From positions 79,422 through 143,421 of the forward strand of contig JAGWKL010000004.1 in NCBI GenBank assembly GCA_028865345.1: DNA of 64,000 nucleotides, in the 5' to 3' direction. A program made the position numbers and the translations under genes. Of this stretch, positions 1 through 9,313 are shown piece after piece. How positions within the stretch are numbered: position 1 is the first letter of the stretch; each line of letters begins with the position of its first letter. This stretch comes from Candidatus Omnitrophota bacterium. GTDB lineage: Bacteria; Omnitrophota; Gorgyraeia; Zapsychrales; Fredricksoniimonadaceae. The notes beneath the pieces were generated by a model that saw only the letters and a list, made by a program, of their open reading frames with translations, was not told the DNA's origin and did no database searches.

Positions 1-16
1 CATCTGGCTCCCTCCT
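1..16 (-). other. Start codon and Shine-Dalgarno of a gene running off the left edge
   Basis: Minus strand reads AGGAGGG-AGCCAG-ATG with the ATG at 3..1; the coding region lies outside the window. Confidence 0.5.
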
Positions 17-77
17 TTCTTACATTGGTTCTATCAAAAATTCCAGGCGGGCATGGTGGTACATTACCAAAATAAAA

Positions 78-104
78 ATTAAAATGAGATTAAACCAAAA
101 TTAA
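78..104. promoter_or_regulatory. Three ATTAA direct repeats at 11-bp period, OmpR/PhoB-type operator candidate
   Basis: ATTAA at 78, 89 and 100 in the divergent intergenic region. Confidence 0.4.
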
Positions 105-130
105 TTCCGTACTCCCCCGGTACCGCAGGC

Positions 131-158
131 TTGACTCACAATGTTTTTGCTATAAGAT
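131..158 (+). promoter_or_regulatory. Sigma70-type promoter candidate for the MMPL gene
   Basis: TTGACT-16 bp-TAAGAT, 8 nt before ATG 167. The ORF track's TTG start at 131 coincides with the -35 box. Confidence 0.45.
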
Positions 159-166
159 GTTCATCG

Positions 167-2314
167 ATGAGATGGCCGGGTATGCCCAAATTAAGCAAAG
201 AAGCGTGGACGTTCATTGTACTGGCGACCGCCAGCGCTATCGTGCTTTTTAACTACGTCAATCTGGTCCCCCGCATCGGCAACAACTTTTTCTTTTCTAA
301 CAATGACCCCCAATTCCAAGACGAAAAAGAAATCTCCCATCTGTTTCATCGAAGGGATTCCCTGCTGGTCATCAACGCCTCCGGCCGCATCAGCTCTAAA
401 GCTTACATGCAGAAAATCCATGATTTGAGCACGTCTCTATCCAGAGTAGGGGGTGTTTCCGAGGTCAAAAGCATCGCCATGGGGCCGAGCAGCCTCGAGG
501 ACGCCCTTAAAGGCCCTCTATGGAGCCGCCTATTGATCGCCAAAGATCAAAAATCGACGAACATCATTATCTTTATTAATCCCGTTTATTCCCAAGCCAT
601 CATCCCTCCCATAAAAAAACTGGTCAGCCGATATTCTCAAAAAGGGTTCCGTCTGGTCATGTCAGGCCCTTCTTATATCGTAGATATGATCAGCCATAAT
701 CTGCTCAGAGACATCCGCGTCTTTACCGTTTTGGTCCTGGCCATCTTCGGCCTGGTCACTTTTTTCATCTTCCGTTCCTTCGGTATTCTTTTAGGGGCCG
801 TGGTCAGCTGTGTCAGTGCTTCCATGTGGACCCTGATGATCACCCATATGCTGCACATCACCATCGGCCTGTTGACGGCCAACCTGGCCACCATTGTCTT
901 TGTCATCACCCTGTCGCATATTATTTTCTTCACCTATAATTGGAAATACGTCCTATCCCTGGACGGCCCCCCGTCGCCCGTCGATGAGGCTATGCATCTG
1001 ACCTTTTCTCCCTCGTTTTGGAGCATGACGACGACAACACTCGGGTTTTTGAGCCTTCTTTTTGTCCCGGCCCAGCCTTTAAAGGAATTAGGCGCCGGCG
1101 GTGTTGTCGGTGCCTTGATGGCCATCAGCGTCGCTTACGGCGTTTATCCCGCCTTCCTGCGTTTGGTCCCTCCATCCATCTCGAAAAACAATGCTCTCGA
1201 CCGTTATCAGCAAAAAATGGAAAGGTCCCTTGAAAAAAGGAAGAACCAAACCGTCATAGGCATCTTTCTTTTGTTCTTCATTGCTTTGCCCGGGATATGG
1301 AGGGCCAATACCGATCCCAGCCTGTTTTCGTTCTTTGCCAAAAACACCTTGCTTAGAAAAAACCTGGTCTACATCGACCACCATGGAGGCAGCAGTCCTT
1401 TGATGCTGGTGGTCAGATCAGCTTCAGGCCAGAGACTTGATACCGACCGCGCTTACGACAAACTTTGGGGGCTGCAGAAGTCCCTGGAAAATTATGATCC
1501 GGTGGGAAGCGTCATTTCCCTGCCTGTACTGATGGCCCAGGCCAGAGAATCTTCTTTCCTGGCCAAGTTGCCGCCCTGGAGCGGTCTCTTGGACATCCTG
1601 CGTGCAAAACAATTCAACAACATTGCCAATAGTTTTATCACCACCGATGACAGTAAAGGTCTTTTTATATTAAGGATGAAGGAATCCGGACGAAAAATCC
1701 CAAGGCTCGAGGTGATCCATCGTATCAAAAAGATGGCCGTCGCCCACGGACTCATACCCGTGCTCGTCGGCGGGATCTATAGTTTACAAGGGCATTTGGC
1801 CAAGTTGGTTGCCTCCAGCATCATCTTCGGCCTGGGACAACTGATCCTCATCTTTTCCTTCATTGCGTGGATGGTGGCAAGATCATTGAAGATCGCGCTC
1901 GCCATAACTTTAAGCATTTGCATCATTCCGGTCATCGTCCTGGGAATGATAGGCTGGTTCGGCATTCCGGTGGATGTCATATCGGCCCCGGCCTGCAACA
2001 TCGCTCTGGGCTTGGGCATCGATTCCATGATCCATATGGTGAGGGCTTACCGGCGGCAAAAACACCCTGAACATAAAAATGCCGAAGCTTGGGACCGGAT
2101 CAGACATCGCTTTTGGCAGCCTGTACTGACCTTCACCTTGGTGATGGTCCTGGGCTTCGGTATTTTTATGTTCTCCGAATTCCCTTCGACCCAACGCTTC
2201 GGGGCAGCCGTTGTTTTCGGAACCCTCATCGCCGCCATGACCGCGCTGTTTATAATGCCGACTACAGCACAATTGCGAACCGGGATTTTCAAAAGGTCAT
2301 GGACCCGTTCTTAG
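167..2314 (+). CDS. MMPL/RND-superfamily transporter
   Basis: Two repeats of periplasmic loop plus TM bundle; GLGIDSMIH and 'PVLTFTLVMVLGFGIF..SEFPSTQRFG' motifs typical of MMPL. Start likely ATG 167 or 182. Confidence 0.85.
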   Translation: MRWPGMPKLSKEAWTFIVLATASAIVLFNYVNLVPRIGNNFFFSNNDPQFQDEKEISHLFHRRDSLLVINASGRISSKAYMQKIHDLSTSLSRVGGVSEVKSIAMGPSSLEDALKGPLWSRLLIAKDQKSTNIIIFINPVYSQAIIPPIKKLVSRYSQKGFRLVMSGPSYIVDMISHNLLRDIRVFTVLVLAIFGLVTFFIFRSFGILLGAVVSCVSASMWTLMITHMLHITIGLLTANLATIVFVITLSHIIFFTYNWKYVLSLDGPPSPVDEAMHLTFSPSFWSMTTTTLGFLSLLFVPAQPLKELGAGGVVGALMAISVAYGVYPAFLRLVPPSISKNNALDRYQQKMERSLEKRKNQTVIGIFLLFFIALPGIWRANTDPSLFSFFAKNTLLRKNLVYIDHHGGSSPLMLVVRSASGQRLDTDRAYDKLWGLQKSLENYDPVGSVISLPVLMAQARESSFLAKLPPWSGLLDILRAKQFNNIANSFITTDDSKGLFILRMKESGRKIPRLEVIHRIKKMAVAHGLIPVLVGGIYSLQGHLAKLVASSIIFGLGQLILIFSFIAWMVARSLKIALAITLSICIIPVIVLGMIGWFGIPVDVISAPACNIALGLGIDSMIHMVRAYRRQKHPEHKNAEAWDRIRHRFWQPVLTFTLVMVLGFGIFMFSEFPSTQRFGAAVVFGTLIAAMTALFIMPTTAQLRTGIFKRSWTRS

Positions 2315-2324
2315 CGGCTGACCG

Positions 2325-2750
2325 TCATCCCATCATTAGCTTTTTGACCACCAGTCCGATGGCGGCCAGTAACAACAGCCCGAACAACGTGCCTAATACA
2401 TAAATCATGGGGTCGTTGCCAAAAGAATTATTCACCACGGGATTGGATTGCACCGCCACGGTCGGAGGCGGGGCGACTACAATATATCCGCTCGGGCCTG
2501 CTTGATAATAATATCCGTCTGCATAATAATAAGGGACCCCTCTCACCTCAATGATTTCATACCTTGGAGGAAGAGATGACACATAGGCACCGACAGCCAA
2601 CCCGGTCACAAACCCGCCCAAACCCCACCAACCCGCACCTCTGTAATAATGGCCGTCTCTGAAGTGATAATGGCCCTCCCATCCCATCGCCGCTGTCGAT
2701 AGACCGCACATAAACATTCCCATGAGGACTATGATCACTATCTTCTTAAT
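2325..2750 (-). CDS. Tyr/Gly-rich exported membrane protein (DUF6515-like)
   Basis: Signal-peptide-like N-terminus, 'SLPPRY....RGVPYYYADGYYYQAGPSGYIVVAPP' motif, C-terminal TM. Start is GTG 2738 or ATT 2750 (see findings). Confidence 0.7.
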   Translation of the reverse strand: MKKIVIIVLMGMFMCGLSTAAMGWEGHYHFRDGHYYRGAGWWGLGGFVTGLAVGAYVSSLPPRYEIIEVRGVPYYYADGYYYQAGPSGYIVVAPPPTVAVQSNPVVNNSFGNDPMIYVLGTLFGLLLLAAIGLVVKKLMMG

Positions 2751-2952
2751 ATCCCTCTCCCTGCGGCGTTTTCACGACCATCCCTCTAGTGACAAAATAT
2801 AATACACAAACCAATATAGCAGCATCCTCCACCCCTCCTTTACGCATATTGTTATCTGTATTATTTACCTCTATCTTAAAGACCACCAACGTTTTCAACC
2901 TGTCTAAACTAACAAATGGAGAATGAAAAGAAGATGAATTCAGAATTAAAAA

Positions 2953-3846
2953 TCAGCCGAGGCCGGAAAGCAATTCTTGATTGGTTGGAAATTGCTGCAG
3001 TTTTGCCACCAGAGCCTGGGCCGCTTCAACGGCCCCCATCCCGGCCAGAGCCCGGCGGAAGCTGTTGACCAGGGGCAGCTCACCGGCCCCCAGCAACAAC
3101 TCCTGTTTGCGCGTGGCGCTTTTGGCAATGTCAATGGCCGGAAAAATACGGTGATTGGCGATCTCGCGTGAAAGAACGATTTCCATGTTCCCCGTGCCCT
3201 TGAATTCCTCGAAAATGACCTGGTCCATGCGGCTGCCGGTCTCGATCAAAACCGTCGCCAGGATGGACAACGACCCTCCGTTTTCGATCTTGCGGGCGGA
3301 GCCGAAAATGCGGCGCGGCACCTCCAAGGCGCGCGCATCCACGCCGCCGGAAATGGTGCGGCCGCTGGAGCGCGTCTGCGCATTGTGCACGCGGGCCAGC
3401 CTCGTCAAAGAATCGATGACGATCATCACGTCCGCGCCTGCCGCCGCCTCAACAAAGGCCCGGCGCATCAATTGATCCGCTATTTCAATGTGATGTTCCT
3501 GGGCTTGATCGATGGATGAATAGTGGATTTCACCGGGTATGGTCCTCTTAAAATCCGTCACCTCTTCGGGCCTCTCATCGATAAGCAGGCAATAAAGTTT
3601 TATCCGGGGAGTGCCCCGGGCCACGGCCTGGCAGATGTGTTTCAGGAAGGTGGTTTTACCCGAACCCGGCGGCGCCACGATGAGCCCGCGCTGCCCCATG
3701 CCGATGGGACAGATCAGGTCCATGGCGCGCATGGTCAACTCCCGGCTGCCGTCTTCCAGGCGTATGCGCGGCGAAGGGTCGATGGGGGTACCGGACAAAA
3801 ATTTCTTTTCAGCTTCAGATCGCAAAGAGTTATAAGGCTTCATCAT
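2953..3846 (-). CDS. rho: Transcription termination factor Rho-like ATPase, short form lacking the N-terminal RNA-binding domain
   Basis: PIGMGQRGLIVAPPGSGKTT, LIDERPEEVTD, DSLTRLAR, SGRTISGG, EEFKGTGNMEI and RIFPAID motifs; only 297 aa. Confidence 0.9.
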   Translation of the reverse strand: MMKPYNSLRSEAEKKFLSGTPIDPSPRIRLEDGSRELTMRAMDLICPIGMGQRGLIVAPPGSGKTTFLKHICQAVARGTPRIKLYCLLIDERPEEVTDFKRTIPGEIHYSSIDQAQEHHIEIADQLMRRAFVEAAAGADVMIVIDSLTRLARVHNAQTRSSGRTISGGVDARALEVPRRIFGSARKIENGGSLSILATVLIETGSRMDQVIFEEFKGTGNMEIVLSREIANHRIFPAIDIAKSATRKQELLLGAGELPLVNSFRRALAGMGAVEAAQALVAKLQQFPTNQELLSGLG

Positions 3847-3864
3847 GAACCTTTATACCGTAAC

Positions 3865-3889
3865 AGCCGTCCTCGAAGGGCGGCTTTTT
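3865..3889. terminator. GC-rich hairpin, possible terminator
   Basis: AGCCGTCCT-CGA-AGGGCGGCT followed by a T run on the + strand; only a weak U tail on the coding (-) strand. Confidence 0.4.
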
Positions 3890-3995
3890 CTATTTTATCC
3901 TCAACTGAATTGATTTAAAAAGCATTTCTCATTAATAAATCGATACTGAAGAAAGCTCCGCCACATACGGGGCTGGATGACTTTAGAAGCTGTCA

Positions 3996-4805
3996 TTATT
4001 CTGATGTTTGGGTAACAACTGCCGTCACATCTTTTTTTGTAAGGGCAAGATACATGACGCACACAAAAATAGAAGTCAAGAAAATCGCGCTGGTCACGAC
4101 CGTGCCCAAACCTAAGCCACCGTCACTGCGCGACTGTGAAAGATAGTCGCCGATGGAAGCCCCCAGGGGACGCGTCAAAATGTAGGCAAGCCAGAAAGCC
4201 AAGACCGCATTAGAACTCATGCGCTTATGTTCAGCGCCCAAATAAGCCTTAAAACCAAAGTGAACAACGGTTACAAATGCGATCAACGCGGCAAATATAA
4301 ACACCGATGTAAGATATCCCAAGTTAAATTTCTCAGCCGAGAGGTCGCCTGCCGCTGTACCAAGAGCGAATGTGAAAAGGATGGCAAGCCAGTAAAAAGC
4401 TTCCCGCCTTATGGTCACAATACTGTGCATGGATAATGTCCTCTCGATGGCAAACCAAACAGCAAAAGTAACCGCTAAAATAATGCTAAATACGATGGTG
4501 CTTGTCTCGAGAGGTACACCGAGCCTGTCCGTCAGGTTATCGGTTATTAATGTGCCGACGACGCTGATAAGCACCACCGCAAGCCAGTAAATCGACGGGA
4601 CATACCGCCTTGCCCTGAACTGAAAAAACAGCACAGCGATAAGCAACACGCTCATAATATAGCTTGTATTGATCAGTCCGAAATGCAGTGTCTCGTTGAG
4701 GTAATCGGCGGCAGTCTCCCCTACGGTCGTACACAAAATTTTAATGATCCAGAAATAAATCGTGACTTCAGGCACTTTATTGAGCATTTTTCGTCCATGA
4801 CTCAC
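3996..4805 (-). CDS. COG4705/DUF347 family membrane protein
   Basis: NKVPEVTIYFWIIKILCTTVGETAAD, REAFYWLAILFTFALGTAAGD and FWLAYILTRPLGAS signatures; GTGA overlap with the upstream stop. Confidence 0.9.
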   Translation of the reverse strand: MSHGRKMLNKVPEVTIYFWIIKILCTTVGETAADYLNETLHFGLINTSYIMSVLLIAVLFFQFRARRYVPSIYWLAVVLISVVGTLITDNLTDRLGVPLETSTIVFSIILAVTFAVWFAIERTLSMHSIVTIRREAFYWLAILFTFALGTAAGDLSAEKFNLGYLTSVFIFAALIAFVTVVHFGFKAYLGAEHKRMSSNAVLAFWLAYILTRPLGASIGDYLSQSRSDGGLGLGTVVTSAIFLTSIFVCVMYLALTKKDVTAVVTQTSE

Positions 4806-7800
4806 CCCGACACCTCCGTACTTGACTGTTTATAATGGTTCCAACCGCCTCCCAAAGCCTTGATCAGCTGTATTGTCCAAATAAACTTGGCATTTTTAAT
4901 CTCCGAGTACTTTAATTCCGCTTCCAAAGCCAAACGTTGGGCTTCCAAAACCCCCAAATAATTAATGACCCCTTGTTGGTAACTCTTGTTTGAAACCGCT
5001 AAATCTCCCTTGGCGGCCTCCATGATCCGCCCCTCTAAATCCTGTTGTTGATTATTTAAATGGATCTTCACCAGGGCGTCTTCGACTTCATGAAACGCAT
5101 CCAGGACCTTTTGCCGGTAATTGGCCACGGCCTGATCATATTTGGCCAAAACGCCGTTATAAGCGGATTTATAAACCTGATAATTCAGCGGAAAAGTTAT
5201 GTCCGGGCCGAACGAAGAAAACCTACTCCTCCAATCAAACAAAGAACGTAACTTGACGCTGGCGGTCCCGACTGAGCCAAGCAAGGTAACGACGGGAAAA
5301 AACGAAGCCTTGGCTTCACCGATCATGGCATTGGCCGCGGCCATCTGCCTTTCCGCCTCGGCGATGTCCGGACGGCGTTCCAAAAGCCCGGAAGGCATGC
5401 CCGGCGGTATAAACGGGGGCGAGGCGGTCAATGGACCGACGGAGAGGTCAAAATCAACCGGCGGTTTTCCGCATAAAATGGCCAGCGCATTTAAAAGTTC
5501 ATTTTCTTTCGAAACAACATCAATGACCGCCAATTGCGCCGACTTAAAGCCAATCGTCTGGCGCCTGACATCAAAAGATTTGATAATACCGGCCTTATAC
5601 TGCTCTTCCGTAATGGTCATCCCCTTTTTATCGACTTGTACGATTTTCTTCAGCAGGTTTTCTTCGTTCTTCAATTCCCTCAACAGGAAATAATCCCTGG
5701 CCACCTCGCTTGTCAGCGCCAATAAAACGGATTGAAAATCAGCTTCACTGGCTTGGGCCTGGTCTTGGGCCGCTTCTATAGATCGCCTGACCCTGCCCCA
5801 GAGGTCCAACTCATAACTGAACTCCAAAGGGATCGAATAAAAACCTTCGATATTATTAGCGCGCCCGAAGAATTTATTCTGGATGGTATCCAGGTTAGTA
5901 TAGCCGGGATCGAGTTCCAGATACGGAACAAGATTTGCTTGACTTAAACCCGCCGCGGCACGGGCCTGATTCACAGATTCAAAAGCCGCCTTTAAACCCT
6001 GGTTATGGAGCTTGGCCTGGTCCTCAAGATGGTCCAGTACGGGATCATGAAAAATCTTCCACCAAGGCCCTTTGGGCAAGGTGTCCTGGGGATTGGCTTT
6101 TTTCCAGGAAGCATCCGTGGTTTTCCATTTAACCGGCATTGTGACCTGTGGCCGATGGTATTTGGGGCCCATCAAGCAGCCATTGGCGGTTATCAAGACA
6201 CAGCATACAAGAACCAAGATTTTGGCGCCCGGTATTGCAGGCGGGGAAAGTTTTGATTTAAACCGGCCCAGTAAAATATACAAGGTAGGAATAACAAAAA
6301 GGGTCAGGAAGGTGCTGGTGATCATGCCGCCTATAACCGCAATCCCCAAAGGCCTGCGGCCCGCCCCGCCCATGCCGAAACCAATGGCAATCGGCATGGC
6401 CCCGGCGATGGTCGCCGTTACGGTCATCATGATCGGACGAAAGCGGATCAGGGCCGATCTATAGATGGCTTCCGGCACATTTTTACCTTTGGCGACCAAT
6501 TGATTCGCAAACTCCACCAATAAAATACCGTTTTTGGTGACCAGCCCCACCAGTAAAATCAGCCCGATCTCGCTGAACAAATTAATGCTCATGCCCGGAA
6601 TGCCGTAAAAATTAAACACCCATAAAAATCCAAAAGCACCGAAAACGGCCAAAGGCACGGTCAGAATAATGATAAAAGGGTCAATAAGATTCTCAAATTG
6701 CGAAGCCAGAACCATATAGACGATGAGGAGAGCAAAGCACAGGGTGAACATCATTTCCCGGTTGGACTGGATCAATTCCCTGGACTCCCCTGCCCACTCA
6801 TAACGGAAATCCGGCGGCAGATCTTTTTTAATCAACTGCTGCGCTTTCTGGATGGCCGTGCCCAAGGTCACATTCAAAGGAGAGCCCTCAATAATAGCAG
6901 ACCGCATACGGTTATAATGGGTGATGACGTTAGGGCCTGCCGTGATTTTATAGTTGGTCACATTGGACAGCGGGATCAGCTGCCCCTGATCATTCGGGAC
7001 ATAGATGCGGTCCAAGTCCATGGGGCTCAGCCGGTCGCGCTTTTCCAGCTGGGCAATGACCTTATACTGCCTGCCGGAGAGATTGACGGTACTTACGTCC
7101 ATGCCGCCAAAAAGCACCTGCAACGTACGGGCAATGGTTTCAGCGGAAACCCCTAAAGCGGCGGCGCGCTCGCGGTTGATCGTCAGATCTACCTGGGGTT
7201 TATTCAACTGAAATTCAGACCTCACGTCTTCCAGAAATCCTGCGGCCGACAATTGTCCGCTGATGCGCTGTGCATAGGTGTTGAGCCTGTTTAAATCCTC
7301 GTTTTCCAGGACCAATTGAAACGGCTGGGCCAGCGAATCTCCGATGGCCTGGGGGGTAAGGGGAAAAACGATCGCCCCCTCGATGTCCTGATATAATTTT
7401 AACGCCAGGCCTTTTTTACCCAGCAAGATGTCCCCGAGGTTGCGCTTGCGTTGCTCCTTCAGACGGACATAAGAAAGCCCCTGGGAACAGACGCCCGGCC
7501 CGTCGATGGGCAAAGCCACCGCGGTAAAATACCCTTGCACCTCGGGAATTTTTCTGATCATGCCTTCCATTTTCTTGACCATACGGTCGGTGTATGCGCA
7601 ACTCGAACCTTCCGGAGCAACGGCAATGCACAGAAACCTTCCCTTGTCCTCATCAGGCAAGAATTCATGCTCAAGGTTGAAATACAAAAGGACCGATAAA
7701 GCGATCACGCCCAACCCGATGACGATAATGAACAGCGGCCTCTTCAATGACCGGCGCAGCAAATCTTTATAAGAGGTTCTCAATCTGAAATATATCCGGT

Positions 7801-9313
7801 CAAACCAGGCATTGATCCAATGGCGGGAAGATTTCTCTCCTGACCTCAGAAAATGGGCCGAGAGCATGGGCGAAAGCGTCAAGGCCACAAATCCGGAAAT
7901 CAATACCGAACATGCAATCACGACGGCAAACTCAATAAACACCATTCCAGTCGTGCTGGTTTGGAACGCCAAAGGCAAAAAGATCACCGCCAGGACAAGG
8001 GTCGTGGAGATCACCGCAAACCCGATCTCCTTCATACCCAACACGGCTGCCCCCAAAGGTTTCATGCCTTGTTGAACATGCCGGTAAATGTTTTCCAAAA
8101 CAATGATGGAGTCATCCACCACCAGGCCTATGGCCAATACAAAGGCCAGCATCGTCACAATATTAATCGAATAGCCCATCCAATAAAGAATGGCAAAGGT
8201 AGCGATCAAACAAACGGGGATGGCGATCGAAGGAATGACCGTCAAACGCACGTTGTTCAAAAAGAAAAAAATGGTCAAAACCACCAGGACGATGGACAGC
8301 CCCAACGTGACCCAGACCTCATTGATGGAGCTCTCGACATAGGTGGACTCGTCATAGGGCACAGAAACCTTCACCCCCGCAGGCAGCCGCTTCTTCAAGC
8401 GCCGCAGCTCCTTTTTAACGGCTTCGGCCACCGCAATGGTATTGGCTTTGGACTGTTTGACGATCCCGAGGCCCACACAGGGCTTGGAATTATAGCGTGC
8501 AATGGAATGTTCATCTTCAACGCCGACCTGAGCATGCCCCACATCGCGCAAATAAACGGCCTTACCGCCTGCCTGTTTGACAACCAGATCATTGTATTGC
8601 CGGGGTGTTTTCAGCTGCCCCTGCGTCTGGATGGAAAACTCCCTCTGCGTCCCCTGAATATTGCCGCTGGGAAGTTCGACATTCTGGCTCCTTAAGGCCT
8701 CTTCGATGTCTGAAATTGTAACTCCCTTGGCCGCCATTTCCCCGGAATCCAACCAAAGGCGGATGGCAAAACGTTTCTCGCCGCCGAAGACAACAGCGCT
8801 GACACCGGGCAGGGATTCCAGAGGATCTTTTAACGTCTTCTCGGCAATGGAGGTCAGATCAAGGGTGGAAAATGAATCACTGTACAATGCGATCCATAAC
8901 ATGGGCTGCACATCCGCCCCTTGTTTTTCGATGGTCGGCCCCTGAATTTTTTCAGGCAAATCCCCACGGACCGAGGCCACACGGTCACGCACATCCTGAG
9001 CTGCTGTTTCGATGTTGCGCGAGGGTTCAAATTCAACCGTGATGATGCTGACCTGCTGGCGGTTTTGGCTGCTGATTTTACGGATACCTTCTATCGAATT
9101 GAGAGCCTCTTCGAGCGGATCCGTAATTTGGGTCTCGATGATCCCGGCGCCGGCACCCGGGTATACGGTCGTGACCTTGATAACCGTGGGAGTGACGTCG
9201 GGGAATTCACGGACGGCAAGCCGCGGCAGGTAAACCAACCCCATGAGGATCAGTCCCAAGCTTGCCATCGCGCACAGGACCGGGCGTCTTATGCTGATTT
9301 CCGATAATTTCAT
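4802..9313 (-). CDS. RND permease (AcrB/MdtC-like) fused to a NodT/TolC-family outer-membrane lipoprotein
   Basis: aa 1-~1015: RND (IGLVVDDSIIVLEN, KNGILLVEF, RFRPIMMT). From aa ~1046: OMF (C-LMGPKYHRP, WWKIFHDPVL, SYELDLWGRVRR, PSGLLERRPDI, LIKALGGGW). Confidence 0.92.
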   Translation of the reverse strand: MKLSEISIRRPVLCAMASLGLILMGLVYLPRLAVREFPDVTPTVIKVTTVYPGAGAGIIETQITDPLEEALNSIEGIRKISSQNRQQVSIITVEFEPSRNIETAAQDVRDRVASVRGDLPEKIQGPTIEKQGADVQPMLWIALYSDSFSTLDLTSIAEKTLKDPLESLPGVSAVVFGGEKRFAIRLWLDSGEMAAKGVTISDIEEALRSQNVELPSGNIQGTQREFSIQTQGQLKTPRQYNDLVVKQAGGKAVYLRDVGHAQVGVEDEHSIARYNSKPCVGLGIVKQSKANTIAVAEAVKKELRRLKKRLPAGVKVSVPYDESTYVESSINEVWVTLGLSIVLVVLTIFFFLNNVRLTVIPSIAIPVCLIATFAILYWMGYSINIVTMLAFVLAIGLVVDDSIIVLENIYRHVQQGMKPLGAAVLGMKEIGFAVISTTLVLAVIFLPLAFQTSTTGMVFIEFAVVIACSVLISGFVALTLSPMLSAHFLRSGEKSSRHWINAWFDRIYFRLRTSYKDLLRRSLKRPLFIIVIGLGVIALSVLLYFNLEHEFLPDEDKGRFLCIAVAPEGSSCAYTDRMVKKMEGMIRKIPEVQGYFTAVALPIDGPGVCSQGLSYVRLKEQRKRNLGDILLGKKGLALKLYQDIEGAIVFPLTPQAIGDSLAQPFQLVLENEDLNRLNTYAQRISGQLSAAGFLEDVRSEFQLNKPQVDLTINRERAAALGVSAETIARTLQVLFGGMDVSTVNLSGRQYKVIAQLEKRDRLSPMDLDRIYVPNDQGQLIPLSNVTNYKITAGPNVITHYNRMRSAIIEGSPLNVTLGTAIQKAQQLIKKDLPPDFRYEWAGESRELIQSNREMMFTLCFALLIVYMVLASQFENLIDPFIIILTVPLAVFGAFGFLWVFNFYGIPGMSINLFSEIGLILLVGLVTKNGILLVEFANQLVAKGKNVPEAIYRSALIRFRPIMMTVTATIAGAMPIAIGFGMGGAGRRPLGIAVIGGMITSTFLTLFVIPTLYILLGRFKSKLSPPAIPGAKILVLVCCVLITANGCLMGPKYHRPQVTMPVKWKTTDASWKKANPQDTLPKGPWWKIFHDPVLDHLEDQAKLHNQGLKAAFESVNQARAAAGLSQANLVPYLELDPGYTNLDTIQNKFFGRANNIEGFYSIPLEFSYELDLWGRVRRSIEAAQDQAQASEADFQSVLLALTSEVARDYFLLRELKNEENLLKKIVQVDKKGMTITEEQYKAGIIKSFDVRRQTIGFKSAQLAVIDVVSKENELLNALAILCGKPPVDFDLSVGPLTASPPFIPPGMPSGLLERRPDIAEAERQMAAANAMIGEAKASFFPVVTLLGSVGTASVKLRSLFDWRSRFSSFGPDITFPLNYQVYKSAYNGVLAKYDQAVANYRQKVLDAFHEVEDALVKIHLNNQQQDLEGRIMEAAKGDLAVSNKSYQQGVINYLGVLEAQRLALEAELKYSEIKNAKFIWTIQLIKALGGGWNHYKQSSTEVSG

